Assembly (NCBI GenBank): GCA_043823375.1
Contig: JBDRAX010000229.1
Span: 1 to 42,203 of the forward strand
DNA length: 42,203 bases
Direction of reading: 5' to 3'
DNA from: Candidatus Omnitrophota bacterium
Lineage (GTDB): Bacteria; Omnitrophota; Gorgyraeia; Tantalellales; Tantalellaceae
How positions within the stretch are numbered: position 1 is the first letter of the stretch; every line of letters begins with the position of its first letter. Made by a program: the position numbers and the translations under genes. This document shows, piece by piece, positions 1 through 8,956 of the stretch. The notes below the pieces were generated by a model, which saw nothing but the letters and a program-made list of their open reading frames with translations, was not told the origin of the DNA and searched no databases.

Positions 1-1
1 C

Positions 2-112
2 ATACAACAGGCGCTGGAAAGGCTTCAGCACGAGATCGACCATATCGAATCCGAGATAGGCGACCATCATGAGAAGGGTGAGTACGGCCGAAGCGGAGAA
101 GTTGAGGAATGA
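2..112 (+). CDS. 3' end of an upstream CDS, possibly serine O-acetyltransferase (partial)
   Basis: Open frame from the window edge reads IQQALERLQHEIDHIESEIGDHHEKGEYGRSGEVEE, stop TGA at 110-112. A helical tail and a position before cysS fit cysE, but no diagnostic motif is visible. Confidence 0.45.
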   Translation: MQQALERLQHEIDHIESEIGDHHEKGEYGRSGEVEE

Positions 113-211
113 TCCCGCGCCCGGGGCTGAAAGTAAAAAAAAACATAAATAGGTAGTGCCAAAAATTATATGAGTGCGCCGAGCAAGAATAATGAAAAGA
201 AAGAGGGATGG

Positions 212-480
212 AATTGAACCACAGAGAGCACAGAGAGGATTAATGATCGGGGAGAGAAAAGCTCTGTGTTCTCAAGATAAGTATCCATTAAGAGGTTTAA
301 CAAAAGAGACAAATTTTTGTTGTATAAAGGTAGGGCTTTTGATTAATTTTAATGTTTTGAGACTGAAAGAAGGCATTAAAAGACTATTTCTGTGAGAACA
401 CAGAGAAAAAAAGGGGAGGGCATATGTTTTTGCCTGACCTCTTTATTTTAAAGAACCTCTGTGAACTCTGTGGTTAAATT
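212..480. mobile_element. MITE-like cassette bounded by nested inverted repeats (GxxExxY-associated CACAGAG-type repeats)
   Basis: Outer IR AATTGAACCACAGAGAGCACAGAG (212-235) vs CTCTGTGAACTCTGTGGTTAAATT (457-480), 21/24 complementary. Inner perfect 13-bp IR CTCTGTGTTCTCA (262-274) vs TGAGAACACAGAG (393-405). Mobility is inferred. Confidence 0.6.
243..395 (+). pseudogene. Internally deleted GxxExxY (PD-(D/E)XK-like nuclease) gene remnant, 50 aa
   Basis: ATG at 243 after GAGAGG. The C-terminus IKVGLLINFNVLRLKEGIKRLFL matches the typical GxxExxY C-terminus, and KYPLRGLTKET resembles the N-terminus. The GPGxxExxY core is absent. Confidence 0.7.
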
Positions 481-494
481 TTCGAGGAGACAAA

Positions 495-1973
495 ATGATA
501 TCGATCTATAATACCCTTACAAGGCGGAAAGATGAATTCAAGCCTATGCGGGAAGGCAATGTAAGCATGTATGTGTGCGGGCCTACAGTGTATGATGTCC
601 CTCATATCGGCCATGCCAGAAGCGCCTATTCTTTCGAGGTTATACGCAAATACCTTGAATATTCGGGATATAAAGTATTTTTTGTCAGGAATGTGACGGA
701 TGTAGATGATAAGATAATCAAAAAAGCTGTCGATGAACTTAATGAAATAGGGGAAAAAATATCCGCCCCGCGCCTAAGGGAAAGAGTTAAAGACGTCGCT
801 GAGCGGTACCTCGGGGTATATCATAATGAAATGGATATATTCGGGATACGTAAACCTACCAGAGAGCCGAAGGCCACGGAAAACATAAAAGAGATGCTGG
901 ATTTTATTAATGTGCTTATCGCGAAAAAGTTCGCTTATGCCGCGGGCGCGAATGTCTATTTCAGCGTTGAATCGTTCCCGGAATACGGTAAATTGTCGAA
1001 ACAGGACAGGGAGCAGATGCTGCACGGCGCGCGTGTGGGCCTGGACGAAAAAAAACGCCACCCTCTTGATTTCGCTCTATGGAAAGAAGCGGCGGAAGAT
1101 GAACCTTACTGGGAGAGCCCTTGGGGAAAAGGCCGCCCGGGATGGCATATAGAGTGTTCCGTTATGAGTACGGGCATCCTTGGGGCGCAGTTCGATATAC
1201 ACGGCGGCGGGCTGGACCTTATCTTTCCGCACCATGAAAATGAGATAGCTCAGGCTGAGGCGGCGACTGGGAAACCTTTCGCCAATTACTGGATACACAA
1301 CGGGCTGCTTACCGTTTCCGGTGAGAAAATGTCAAAGTCTCTGGGAAATTATGTCAGGATCTCGGATTTCCTCACGAAATACAGCGACCCTGACCTTCTG
1401 AAAATAGCTTTTCTTTCGAGCCATTACAGAAGCCCCATGGATTACAGTGATGAAAAAATGGATAGCGCGGGCCGTTCCAGGGAACGCGTAATGATCTTTT
1501 TTGACAAGGTTGACAGGATGACGCGCGAATGCCCGGGCGCGGGCGGCATAATGCTGGAAGACATGTCGGCGGTTGAAAAAGCACAGCGCGTGGTGAACGA
1601 ACTCCAGGAAAAATTCGAAGCGGCCATGGACGATGATTTTAATACTCCGCAGGCCCTCGCCGTGATATTCGAAGCCGTGAAAACGGGAAATGATCTTATG
1701 TCAGAAGAAGGCGCGGCTTTACCGGAAAGAGCGTATAAGGCGAACGCCGTGAAAAATTATGTATTGAGAGCGGCGGATATACTCGGCCTGTCGCTGAACG
1801 CGGCAAAAATGAACGCGTCGGAAACGGGCGAGATAGGCCGCCTGGTTCTACTCAGGGAAGAGGCGAGAAAAAACAGGGATTTCGCGTCAGCGGACAGGAT
1901 ACGTAAAGAGCTCGCGGATAAAGGCGTGACTGTCGAGGATACTCCGGAGGGGCCGGTATGGCGAAAAAAATAA
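495..1973 (+). CDS. cysS: Cysteine--tRNA ligase
   Basis: MYVCGPTVY, HIGH, GRPGWHIECS, DIHGGGLDLIFPHHENE and KMSKS motifs; RBS GAGGAG. Confidence 0.98.
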   Translation: MISIYNTLTRRKDEFKPMREGNVSMYVCGPTVYDVPHIGHARSAYSFEVIRKYLEYSGYKVFFVRNVTDVDDKIIKKAVDELNEIGEKISAPRLRERVKDVAERYLGVYHNEMDIFGIRKPTREPKATENIKEMLDFINVLIAKKFAYAAGANVYFSVESFPEYGKLSKQDREQMLHGARVGLDEKKRHPLDFALWKEAAEDEPYWESPWGKGRPGWHIECSVMSTGILGAQFDIHGGGLDLIFPHHENEIAQAEAATGKPFANYWIHNGLLTVSGEKMSKSLGNYVRISDFLTKYSDPDLLKIAFLSSHYRSPMDYSDEKMDSAGRSRERVMIFFDKVDRMTRECPGAGGIMLEDMSAVEKAQRVVNELQEKFEAAMDDDFNTPQALAVIFEAVKTGNDLMSEEGAALPERAYKANAVKNYVLRAADILGLSLNAAKMNASETGEIGRLVLLREEARKNRDFASADRIRKELADKGVTVEDTPEGPVWRKK

Positions 1974-2620
1974 AAAAAGGGCTTTTCCTGACTTTCGAGG
2001 GCCCTGAAGGCAGTGGTAAAAGCACCCATTCAGCAAGGTTGACGGAAGACCTGAGAGCCGATGGATTTGACGTTATACATACGGCTGAACCGGGAGGTAC
2101 GGCGCTGGGAGACAGGATAAGAGATATACTGCTGGTAAGGGATGAAATATCACTCGGAAAGAACGCGGAACTTTTTCTGTTCGAGGCGGACAGGGCCCAG
2201 CACGTCGAAGAATTGATACGCCCGGCTGTCGAGTCGGGAAAAATTGTCATATGCGACCGTTTCAATACGGCGACATTCGCTTATCAGGGTTACGGCCTGG
2301 GTATGGACATGGGCCTTATCAGGATGATCGATTCAGCCGCTACGGGAGGGCTTTCTCCCGATATGACCCTGCTTCTTGACGTGGATATCGCTACAGGGCT
2401 CAGCCGCGCGTGTTCAGAACACGCCGCGGACAGGATGGAAAAAAGGAATGTCGAGTTCCATAAGAGGGTAAGGGCGGGATATCTTTCCCTCGCTAAAATC
2501 TTTCCGGACAGAATAAAAGTCGTTCAGGTTACAGGGGACATAGAGGAAACTTATTGCATAGTGAAGGAAAAAATTTATGGCTTTATTGCGGGATATAAAA
2601 GGGCAGGACACGGCGGTTAG
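1958..2620 (+). CDS. tmk: Thymidylate kinase
   Basis: TFEGPEGSGKST P-loop, EPGGT, ICDRF and AYQG motifs. Confidence 0.97.
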   Translation: MAKKIKKGLFLTFEGPEGSGKSTHSARLTEDLRADGFDVIHTAEPGGTALGDRIRDILLVRDEISLGKNAELFLFEADRAQHVEELIRPAVESGKIVICDRFNTATFAYQGYGLGMDMGLIRMIDSAATGGLSPDMTLLLDVDIATGLSRACSEHAADRMEKRNVEFHKRVRAGYLSLAKIFPDRIKVVQVTGDIEETYCIVKEKIYGFIAGYKRAGHGG

Positions 2621-3551
2621 CCTGCTTTCCAGCACGCTGGCTTCTGGAAGGACCGCCAAGAGTTATCTTTTCTGCGGCCCGGCCGGTGTAGGAAAAGCTC
2701 TTACGGCAAAAGCGTTTATCATGGGGCTTTTCTGCCGTATGAAGGATATGGAAGGCGGCGCGTGCGGGGTTTGTCCTTCCTGCCTGAGGGTGAAGTCCCT
2801 TTCTCACCCCGATGTCAAATGGATCGCGCCGGAAAAAAATAAGAAAATAAAAATAGAACAGATACGCGATATTAAGGATATACTTAACCTTAAGCCCTAT
2901 GAATCCCCCGCGAGCGTATGCGTGATAGAGGACGCGCACATGATGACGGTAGAGGCGTCCAACGCGCTTCTGAAAATACTTGAAGAGCCGCCGGGGCATT
3001 CATTGATGATCCTTACGACGGACAAGAAAGAACTCGTGACCGAAACCGTGGTCTCGCGATGCGCTGAGGTCAGGTTCAGGTATCTGTCCATGCGGGAAAC
3101 CGCGGAGATCATAAAAAGCGGTTCTGGAACCGACGAGCGACAGGCGTTTTTTCTGGCGTGTTTTTCCCAGGGTTCACCGGGTAACGCGCTCAGGATGCTT
3201 AATGACGGGATACTCGAGAGGCGTGATAAAGTCATACGGATGATGGAAGAGATCGTGGAAGAAAAGAACTCATCCTGCATGAACTGGGACGAAGAAGACA
3301 AAGATGTTCTTATCGAGGATCTCGACCTGATGATAATGATCTTCAGGGATATATCGCTCGGCAGGGAGGGGCTCACGGAAATGGTCATGGACAAGAATCT
3401 GGTCGGTACTTCCATATACAGGTTTTTCGTGAAATACCCCGCCCGGAAAATGTTCGGTACGCTTTCAAGGCTTGTGGAGCTCAAGCTCGCGGTACTGTCC
3501 AATGTTAACCCTAAACTTGTGGCGCAGAGGCTGCCGGGATGTATAAAATGA
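2577..3551 (+). CDS. holB: DNA polymerase III delta' subunit
   Basis: LFCGPAGVGK, CGVCPSC Zn motif, HPD, ASNALLKILEEPP and SRC; follows tmk. Confidence 0.95.
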   Translation: MALLRDIKGQDTAVSLLSSTLASGRTAKSYLFCGPAGVGKALTAKAFIMGLFCRMKDMEGGACGVCPSCLRVKSLSHPDVKWIAPEKNKKIKIEQIRDIKDILNLKPYESPASVCVIEDAHMMTVEASNALLKILEEPPGHSLMILTTDKKELVTETVVSRCAEVRFRYLSMRETAEIIKSGSGTDERQAFFLACFSQGSPGNALRMLNDGILERRDKVIRMMEEIVEEKNSSCMNWDEEDKDVLIEDLDLMIMIFRDISLGREGLTEMVMDKNLVGTSIYRFFVKYPARKMFGTLSRLVELKLAVLSNVNPKLVAQRLPGCIK

Positions 3552-3664
3552 AAGAGGGAAAAACGGAAAAATCCCGGTCCGGGCGGTCCCGGGCGCGAGG
3601 CGGGCGATCTTGTGAACTATTGGAAAAAGAGCTGTGACGTTTTTTACTATACAGGGAGAATACC

Positions 3665-4468
3665 ATGCATGAAATAGTAAAGGTGAGATTAAGGTCAGCC
3701 GGCGAAACGCGGTTTTTTTTAACGAACGGCCTGAAGCTTGAAAAAGAAGATAAAGTCATAGTCGAGGCTGACAGGGGCCTTGAATACGGAGTAGTGATAT
3801 CTCCCAATGAAATGGCCGAGTCGCTTCCTCCTGAGGAAAACCCGATAAAGAAGATCATACGGAAGGCTAACCCATGGGATGAGGACCAGATATCCAAGAA
3901 CGAATCAAAAGCTAAAGACCTCATAAAGGTGTGTTATGAAAAGATACAGGAACACAAACTGCCGATGAAGCTTGTGAACGCCGAGTATTCTTTTGACAGG
4001 TCAAAAATAATTTTTTATTTTACGTCCGAAAACAGAGTGGATTTCAGGGATCTTGTAAAAGACCTCGCGAGTATTTTCAGGGTGCGCATAGAACTCAGGC
4101 AGATAGGCGTGCGGGACGAGGCTAAAATGCTGGGCGGCCAGGGGCCGTGCGGCAGGACGCTCTGCTGTATGGCGTTTCTCAAGGATTTTGAGCCTGTTAC
4201 GATAAAAATGGCTAAAATACAGAATCTGCCGCTTAACCCTTCTAAAATATCGGGCCTTTGCGGAAGGCTTATGTGCTGCCTGGGATACGAATATAAATGC
4301 TACAGGCATTATTCGAAGGGCCTTCCGAAGATAGGGAAAGAGATCAAAACTGAACATGGTAAAGGAAAAGTTATAGCTGTCAACCCTTTGAAGAGGACGA
4401 TTTCAGTCGATTACGGCGACGGGGTGGTAAAGGATATAGTGGTTGAGGATAAGGAGGAAGGAAAATAG
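3665..4468 (+). CDS. ricT: PSP1-domain protein, RicT/YaaT (stage 0 sporulation family)
   Basis: RVDFRDLVKDLA, RIELRQIGVRDEAK, GPCGRTLCC and KISGLCGRLMCCL motifs. Confidence 0.93.
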   Translation: MHEIVKVRLRSAGETRFFLTNGLKLEKEDKVIVEADRGLEYGVVISPNEMAESLPPEENPIKKIIRKANPWDEDQISKNESKAKDLIKVCYEKIQEHKLPMKLVNAEYSFDRSKIIFYFTSENRVDFRDLVKDLASIFRVRIELRQIGVRDEAKMLGGQGPCGRTLCCMAFLKDFEPVTIKMAKIQNLPLNPSKISGLCGRLMCCLGYEYKCYRHYSKGLPKIGKEIKTEHGKGKVIAVNPLKRTISVDYGDGVVKDIVVEDKEEGK

Positions 4469-4471
4469 ATC

Positions 4472-6049
4472 ATGAAAAAGTTCTACATAACTACGCCTAT
4501 TTATTATGTCAACGCCAACCCTCACATAGGACACGCTTATACGCAGATAGCGGTAGACGCTTTAGCCAGATATCACAGGATGCTCGGAGAAAAAGTTTTC
4601 TTCCTGACAGGGACGGACGAACACGGTGAAAAAATAGAAGAGGCGAGCCTTAAGGCCGGGTACGAAAAAGGCGGAGAAAAAAAATTTGTCGATTCCATAG
4701 TGCCTAATTTTCTAAGGGTGTGGGAGGCCCTTGAGATCGAATATGACGGTTTCCTGCGTACTACCGACAAAGAGCATGAAGAAGAGGTGCGGGAGATCCT
4801 GATCAGCATGAAAGAAAAAGGGGATATTTATCAGGGCCATTATGACGGCTGGTTCTGTACTCCTTGTGAAACTTTCTGGACGGACACGCAGGCCGGGGGC
4901 GGGCTGTGCCCTGACTGCAAAAGGCCGGTCAAAAGGATCAGAGAGAAAAACTATTTTTTCAGAATGAGCGGATATCAGGACTGGTTGAAAGGATACATAA
5001 ACGAAAATCCCGAATTCGTGATGCCGGATTTCAGGCGCAATGAAGTTCTGGGTTTTCTGCGGGAAGAACTTACGGACCTCTGCATATCCCGCCCCAAAGA
5101 CAGGATGTCATGGGGTATAGAAATACCGTTCGATAAGGATTATGTCGTCTATGTATGGTTTGAAGCGCTCATTAATTACATTTCAGGGCTTAAAAAAGTC
5201 AACAAAATGGACGAATTCTGGCCGGCTGATTTTCATGTGATCGCTAAGGATATAATCAGGCATCACGCGGTATTCTGGCCCATTATGCTTAAAAGCGCGG
5301 GTATACCTCTGCCCCGTACCATCTTCGCCCATGGATGGTGGAAAATGGGAGAAGAGAAGATGTCAAAATCAAGAGGTAACATCGTTGACCCTGTCGCGCT
5401 TATACAGAAGTACGGGGTTGATCCCCTGAGGTATTTTCTTCTTAAAACCGTGGCGTTCGGTATGGACGGATCCTTTTCAGAGGAAGCCATGGTGTCAGTG
5501 TATAACAGCGACCTGGCGAACGACATGGGAAACCTTTTGAACCGGACTCTTACCATGGTGGAGAAATATTTCGGCGGAGTTTCTCCCGAAGCCCCGCCCG
5601 GGTCGGGAGACAGCGGCCAGGACGCGCGGAGCGCGGACATGATACGCGAAGAGGCCGTTAAACTTTTTCCTGTTATGAACAGTTTGCTGATATCTCCGGA
5701 GCTGCGTCTCAAGGAAGCGCTTGAAACTGTAATGCGGCTTATAGGGAACGCGAACAAATATATCGAGGTTTCCGCTCCCTGGAATTTTTCCAGGCAGGGA
5801 AATATGGAAGCGATAAAGCTTATCATGGCGGATCTCCTGGAGGTTCTCAGGTCGGCCGCGATCGGCATGCTTCCGTTCATGCCCGCCACCGCGCAGAGGA
5901 TGTGGGGCCAGCTGGGGCTGGGAGGGCGTATAGCGGATAGCATAGATCCCGCGGAACTTACCGGGGACAAGGCTGAGCGGGACTGGAGGCGTTTCCCGCC
6001 GGGTACCAGAGTTTCAAAAGGAGAGGCTCTTTTCCCGAGGATAATTTAG
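4472..6049 (+). CDS. metG: Methionine--tRNA ligase (short form without C-terminal tRNA-binding domain)
   Basis: YITTPIYYVN, HIGH, GTDEHG, CTPC/CPDC knuckle and KMSKS; 525 aa. Confidence 0.97.
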   Translation: MKKFYITTPIYYVNANPHIGHAYTQIAVDALARYHRMLGEKVFFLTGTDEHGEKIEEASLKAGYEKGGEKKFVDSIVPNFLRVWEALEIEYDGFLRTTDKEHEEEVREILISMKEKGDIYQGHYDGWFCTPCETFWTDTQAGGGLCPDCKRPVKRIREKNYFFRMSGYQDWLKGYINENPEFVMPDFRRNEVLGFLREELTDLCISRPKDRMSWGIEIPFDKDYVVYVWFEALINYISGLKKVNKMDEFWPADFHVIAKDIIRHHAVFWPIMLKSAGIPLPRTIFAHGWWKMGEEKMSKSRGNIVDPVALIQKYGVDPLRYFLLKTVAFGMDGSFSEEAMVSVYNSDLANDMGNLLNRTLTMVEKYFGGVSPEAPPGSGDSGQDARSADMIREEAVKLFPVMNSLLISPELRLKEALETVMRLIGNANKYIEVSAPWNFSRQGNMEAIKLIMADLLEVLRSAAIGMLPFMPATAQRMWGQLGLGGRIADSIDPAELTGDKAERDWRRFPPGTRVSKGEALFPRII

Positions 6050-6114
6050 CCCGCTTATCAGGCAGGCTGCCGCGGGAGGGCGTAGATCCGGAATATCATT
6101 TAAAGGTGCCGTGA

Positions 6115-6447
6115 ATGGGGAATAAAAATTCATACAAGGAACAGATCGCCGCGAACCCGCGTTTTACAAAGTTCATGAAAAAAGTGCTCTTCGCGGTTCT
6201 GGATATCCCGGAGGGAGAGGTAAGGCCGTACGCCTGGGTGGCTCAAAAGTCGGGATATCCGGGAGCGGCGCGCGCGGTCGGGCAGGTTCTCAAAAAGAAC
6301 CCTTACGCGCCTCATGTGCCGTGTCACAGAGTTGTCCGTTCAGACGGTTCTATCGGAGGATATTCCGGGGGGCTTGAAAAAAAACGGGCGCTCCTCAAAA
6401 AAGAAGGTTTAGAAAATGAAGCTGATAGATACACACTGCCATCTTGA
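6115..6447 (+). CDS. Single-domain MGMT family methylated-DNA--protein-cysteine methyltransferase
   Basis: IPEGEVRPY, AARAVG, PCHRVV active-site motif and GGYSGG. Confidence 0.9.
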   Translation: MGNKNSYKEQIAANPRFTKFMKKVLFAVLDIPEGEVRPYAWVAQKSGYPGAARAVGQVLKKNPYAPHVPCHRVVRSDGSIGGYSGGLEKKRALLKKEGLENEADRYTLPS

Positions 6448-7792
6448 TTTCCCGGATTATAAAGACGATCTGGATGAAGTGATAAAAAGGGCGGAAGACG
6501 CGGGGGTTGTAAGGATCATTTCTCCCGGTACGAATATTGAGAGCAGTCAAAAGGCCGTGGAGATCGCTCATAAATTCGCCCCTGTTTACGCCGCGGTCGG
6601 GATACATCCGCATGAAGCCGCTAAATCGGACAGCGCTTCAGCCGGAAAGATAAGGGCGATGGCGATAAACAGCGAGAAAGTCGTGGGCATCGGAGAAATA
6701 GGGCTCGATTATTGCAAGGCGTATTCTCCGCGTGAGGATCAGAAAAAACTTTTTCGGACGCTGCTATGCCTTTCGAAAGAACTTGATCTGCCGGTTATCA
6801 TGCATAACAGGGACGCTGACCCCGATTTCACGGATATCATTAAAAGCGATGAGTTCGCCGGTATACGCGGCGTGGTGCATTGTTTTTCGGCAAGCCGTGA
6901 ATTCCTGAGAGAAGTCCTGTCAAAAGGCCTGTATGTATCCTTCACAGGGACTATCACGTTTGAAAACGCTTCCCTTATCCGGGAACTGGTAAAATATACG
7001 CCCGTGGAAAGCCTTCTTCTTGAAACGGATTCCCCGTTCATGGCGCCGGTCCCGCGGAGGGGGAAAAGGAACGAGCCCTCGTTCGCGCGGCACCTGCTGA
7101 AAACGCATGCCGGTATTTATTCTTTGTCGGAAGAAGATATAGCGAGGGTCACGACTCATAACGCGAACCGCCTGTTCCATCTCGGTATGGAAGAAAAGGG
7201 AATGGTAGCGTACAAAATAAGAGATTCTCTGTACCTTAATATTACTAACAGGTGCACGAACAGGTGCGTTTTCTGTACGCGGGATATTTCGAATTATGTG
7301 AAAGGCCATAACCTGAAACTCGAAAGAGAACCTTTGGCGGAAGAAGTTATAAAAGCCATATCGGAAAAGTCGGGATACAGCGAAGTAGTATTCTGCGGGT
7401 TCGGAGAGCCGACACTGAGGCTTGAAGTCATAAAGAAAATAGCGGGGTATGTTAAATCTTCGGGCCGCAGAGTAAGATTGACGACTAACGGCGAAGGAAA
7501 CCTTATAAACGGGAGAAACATCGTGCCGGAACTGAAGGGCCTTATTGACAGCTGTTCCGTAAGCCTGAACGCTCCTGACGGGGACAGATACGAAAAACTG
7601 TGCCGTCCTGTTTCCGGAAAAGGCGCTTTCAGCGCTATCAGCGCCTTCATCGGGGACTCTGCCGCCTGTGGCATAGAAGTGGAAGTCACATGCCTCGATA
7701 TGATAGGGGAAGAAGCTGTGGCGAGGTGCAGAGAGATCAGTAATAGCCTGGGCGCGCGGTTCAGGCTCAGGCATCTTAACGTGGTGGGATGA
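6416..7792 (+). CDS. TatD family nuclease fused to a TatD-associated radical SAM domain
   Basis: IDTHCHL, GEIGLDY, HCFS and LETDSP in the N-terminal part. LYLNITNRCTNRCVFC (CxxxCxxC) and FCGFGEP in the C-terminal part. Confidence 0.92.
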   Translation: MKLIDTHCHLDFPDYKDDLDEVIKRAEDAGVVRIISPGTNIESSQKAVEIAHKFAPVYAAVGIHPHEAAKSDSASAGKIRAMAINSEKVVGIGEIGLDYCKAYSPREDQKKLFRTLLCLSKELDLPVIMHNRDADPDFTDIIKSDEFAGIRGVVHCFSASREFLREVLSKGLYVSFTGTITFENASLIRELVKYTPVESLLLETDSPFMAPVPRRGKRNEPSFARHLLKTHAGIYSLSEEDIARVTTHNANRLFHLGMEEKGMVAYKIRDSLYLNITNRCTNRCVFCTRDISNYVKGHNLKLEREPLAEEVIKAISEKSGYSEVVFCGFGEPTLRLEVIKKIAGYVKSSGRRVRLTTNGEGNLINGRNIVPELKGLIDSCSVSLNAPDGDRYEKLCRPVSGKGAFSAISAFIGDSAACGIEVEVTCLDMIGEEAVARCREISNSLGARFRLRHLNVVG

Positions 7793-8922
7793 CGCGCCGC
7801 CGTCCGGCGCGCCGGGAGAGCGCATATATGGGCAGGATCGCTGATATTGTCAGGCGTAATAAATTATACCTATTCCTTACAGTTTTCATTTTAGGTATAA
7901 ATCTCATGGTTCTTGTCGACAGCAGGCTGGACAGGCCGCCGGGGGAAAGGGCAGAGGATCTTTACGGCGCGGTCATGCCAGCGGGCAGAGAAACGGAGCC
8001 GGAGGGGCCGGAAATATTTGATCCCGATGACCTCAGGGCGCGGCAGGAAAAACTGCAGAGCCTCGCGCGGGGAAAACCTCTTCTTTACGTTTTTCTCGCG
8101 ATCGTCAACCTGACGGTTATGTTCATGATACTGGTGGGGCTGATCATTGATATATATTTTTCGGCGCGCTTTTTCAGGAAAAAACCGCCTGATATCCGCG
8201 TGAACCCTCAGCCGGCGCCGTTATGGGGCGTGCCTGATATCCTGAGGGTAACAATTATTTTTTTATCGTTCGCTTATTTATTCGCGGTGTTACAGGCCTT
8301 CGCCATAAAAAAATTCGCGGTATTGGGAAACCAGAATTTCAACATGGTATTTAATACTTCCCTGGCTAATATCGTGGGGATAAGCGTTATATTATATTTT
8401 GTGCGTAAGAAATACGGGCAGGGCGTCTCGGCCCTGGGGCTGACCGTAAAAGGCGCCGGTAAAAGCGTGTTTTACGGCATAATAGGTTATCTTGCGCTCA
8501 TACCGGTACTTATCCTTATTATGGCCCTGACTTACGCGGTAACAAAATTGATCAAATACCAGCCGCCTGTTCAGCCTATAGTGGAATTATTCATGAAAGA
8601 AAAAGAGACGTCCGTTCTATGGATGTCAACGGTATTCGCGGCTGTTTTCGGCCCTGTGGCGGAAGAGATCTTTTTCAGAGGGTTTATTTACGGCGCTTTG
8701 AAGAAAAACCTGGGGGTATTCGGGGGCATACTGGTGACGGCTTTACTGTTTTCAGCCCTGCACGCGCATATAGTGGGGCTTTTGCCGATACTGGCTCTCG
8801 GTATTTTACTTTCTTATCTGTATGAGAAAACCGGGTCTCTTGCCGCGCCGATCACAGTGCATATAATCCATAATCTCGGCATGGTATTCCTTGTATTTCT
8901 CGTTAGAATGATAGGGCTGTAG
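7789..8922 (+). CDS. CPBP (Abi/CAAX) family intramembrane metalloprotease
   Basis: Multiple hydrophobic segments; EEIFFRG, FSALH and HIIHN motifs. ATGA overlap with the upstream stop; alternative start at 7828. Confidence 0.88.
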   Translation: MTRRRPARRESAYMGRIADIVRRNKLYLFLTVFILGINLMVLVDSRLDRPPGERAEDLYGAVMPAGRETEPEGPEIFDPDDLRARQEKLQSLARGKPLLYVFLAIVNLTVMFMILVGLIIDIYFSARFFRKKPPDIRVNPQPAPLWGVPDILRVTIIFLSFAYLFAVLQAFAIKKFAVLGNQNFNMVFNTSLANIVGISVILYFVRKKYGQGVSALGLTVKGAGKSVFYGIIGYLALIPVLILIMALTYAVTKLIKYQPPVQPIVELFMKEKETSVLWMSTVFAAVFGPVAEEIFFRGFIYGALKKNLGVFGGILVTALLFSALHAHIVGLLPILALGILLSYLYEKTGSLAAPITVHIIHNLGMVFLVFLVRMIGL

Positions 8923-8956
8923 CACGGTGCGTTAAGGATGAAAAGAAAGGAAAAAA

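Noticed and set aside
174-242. N-terminal extension of the 73-aa ORF from GTG 174
   Set aside because: It reads through the left inverted repeat (PQRAQR is the translated repeat) and has no clear RBS; ATG 243 fits better.
113-494. T-box leader upstream of cysS
   Set aside because: No T-box consensus (GGTGGNACCGCG) or terminator seen; the structure is explained by the IR cassette.
3548-3637. 29-aa ORF between holB and ricT
   Set aside because: Low-complexity R/G/S sequence with no recognisable motif.
6920-7825. 301-aa minus-strand ORF
   Set aside because: Antisense shadow of the TatD-rSAM gene with no motifs. The same applies to the other minus-strand ORFs in the track.
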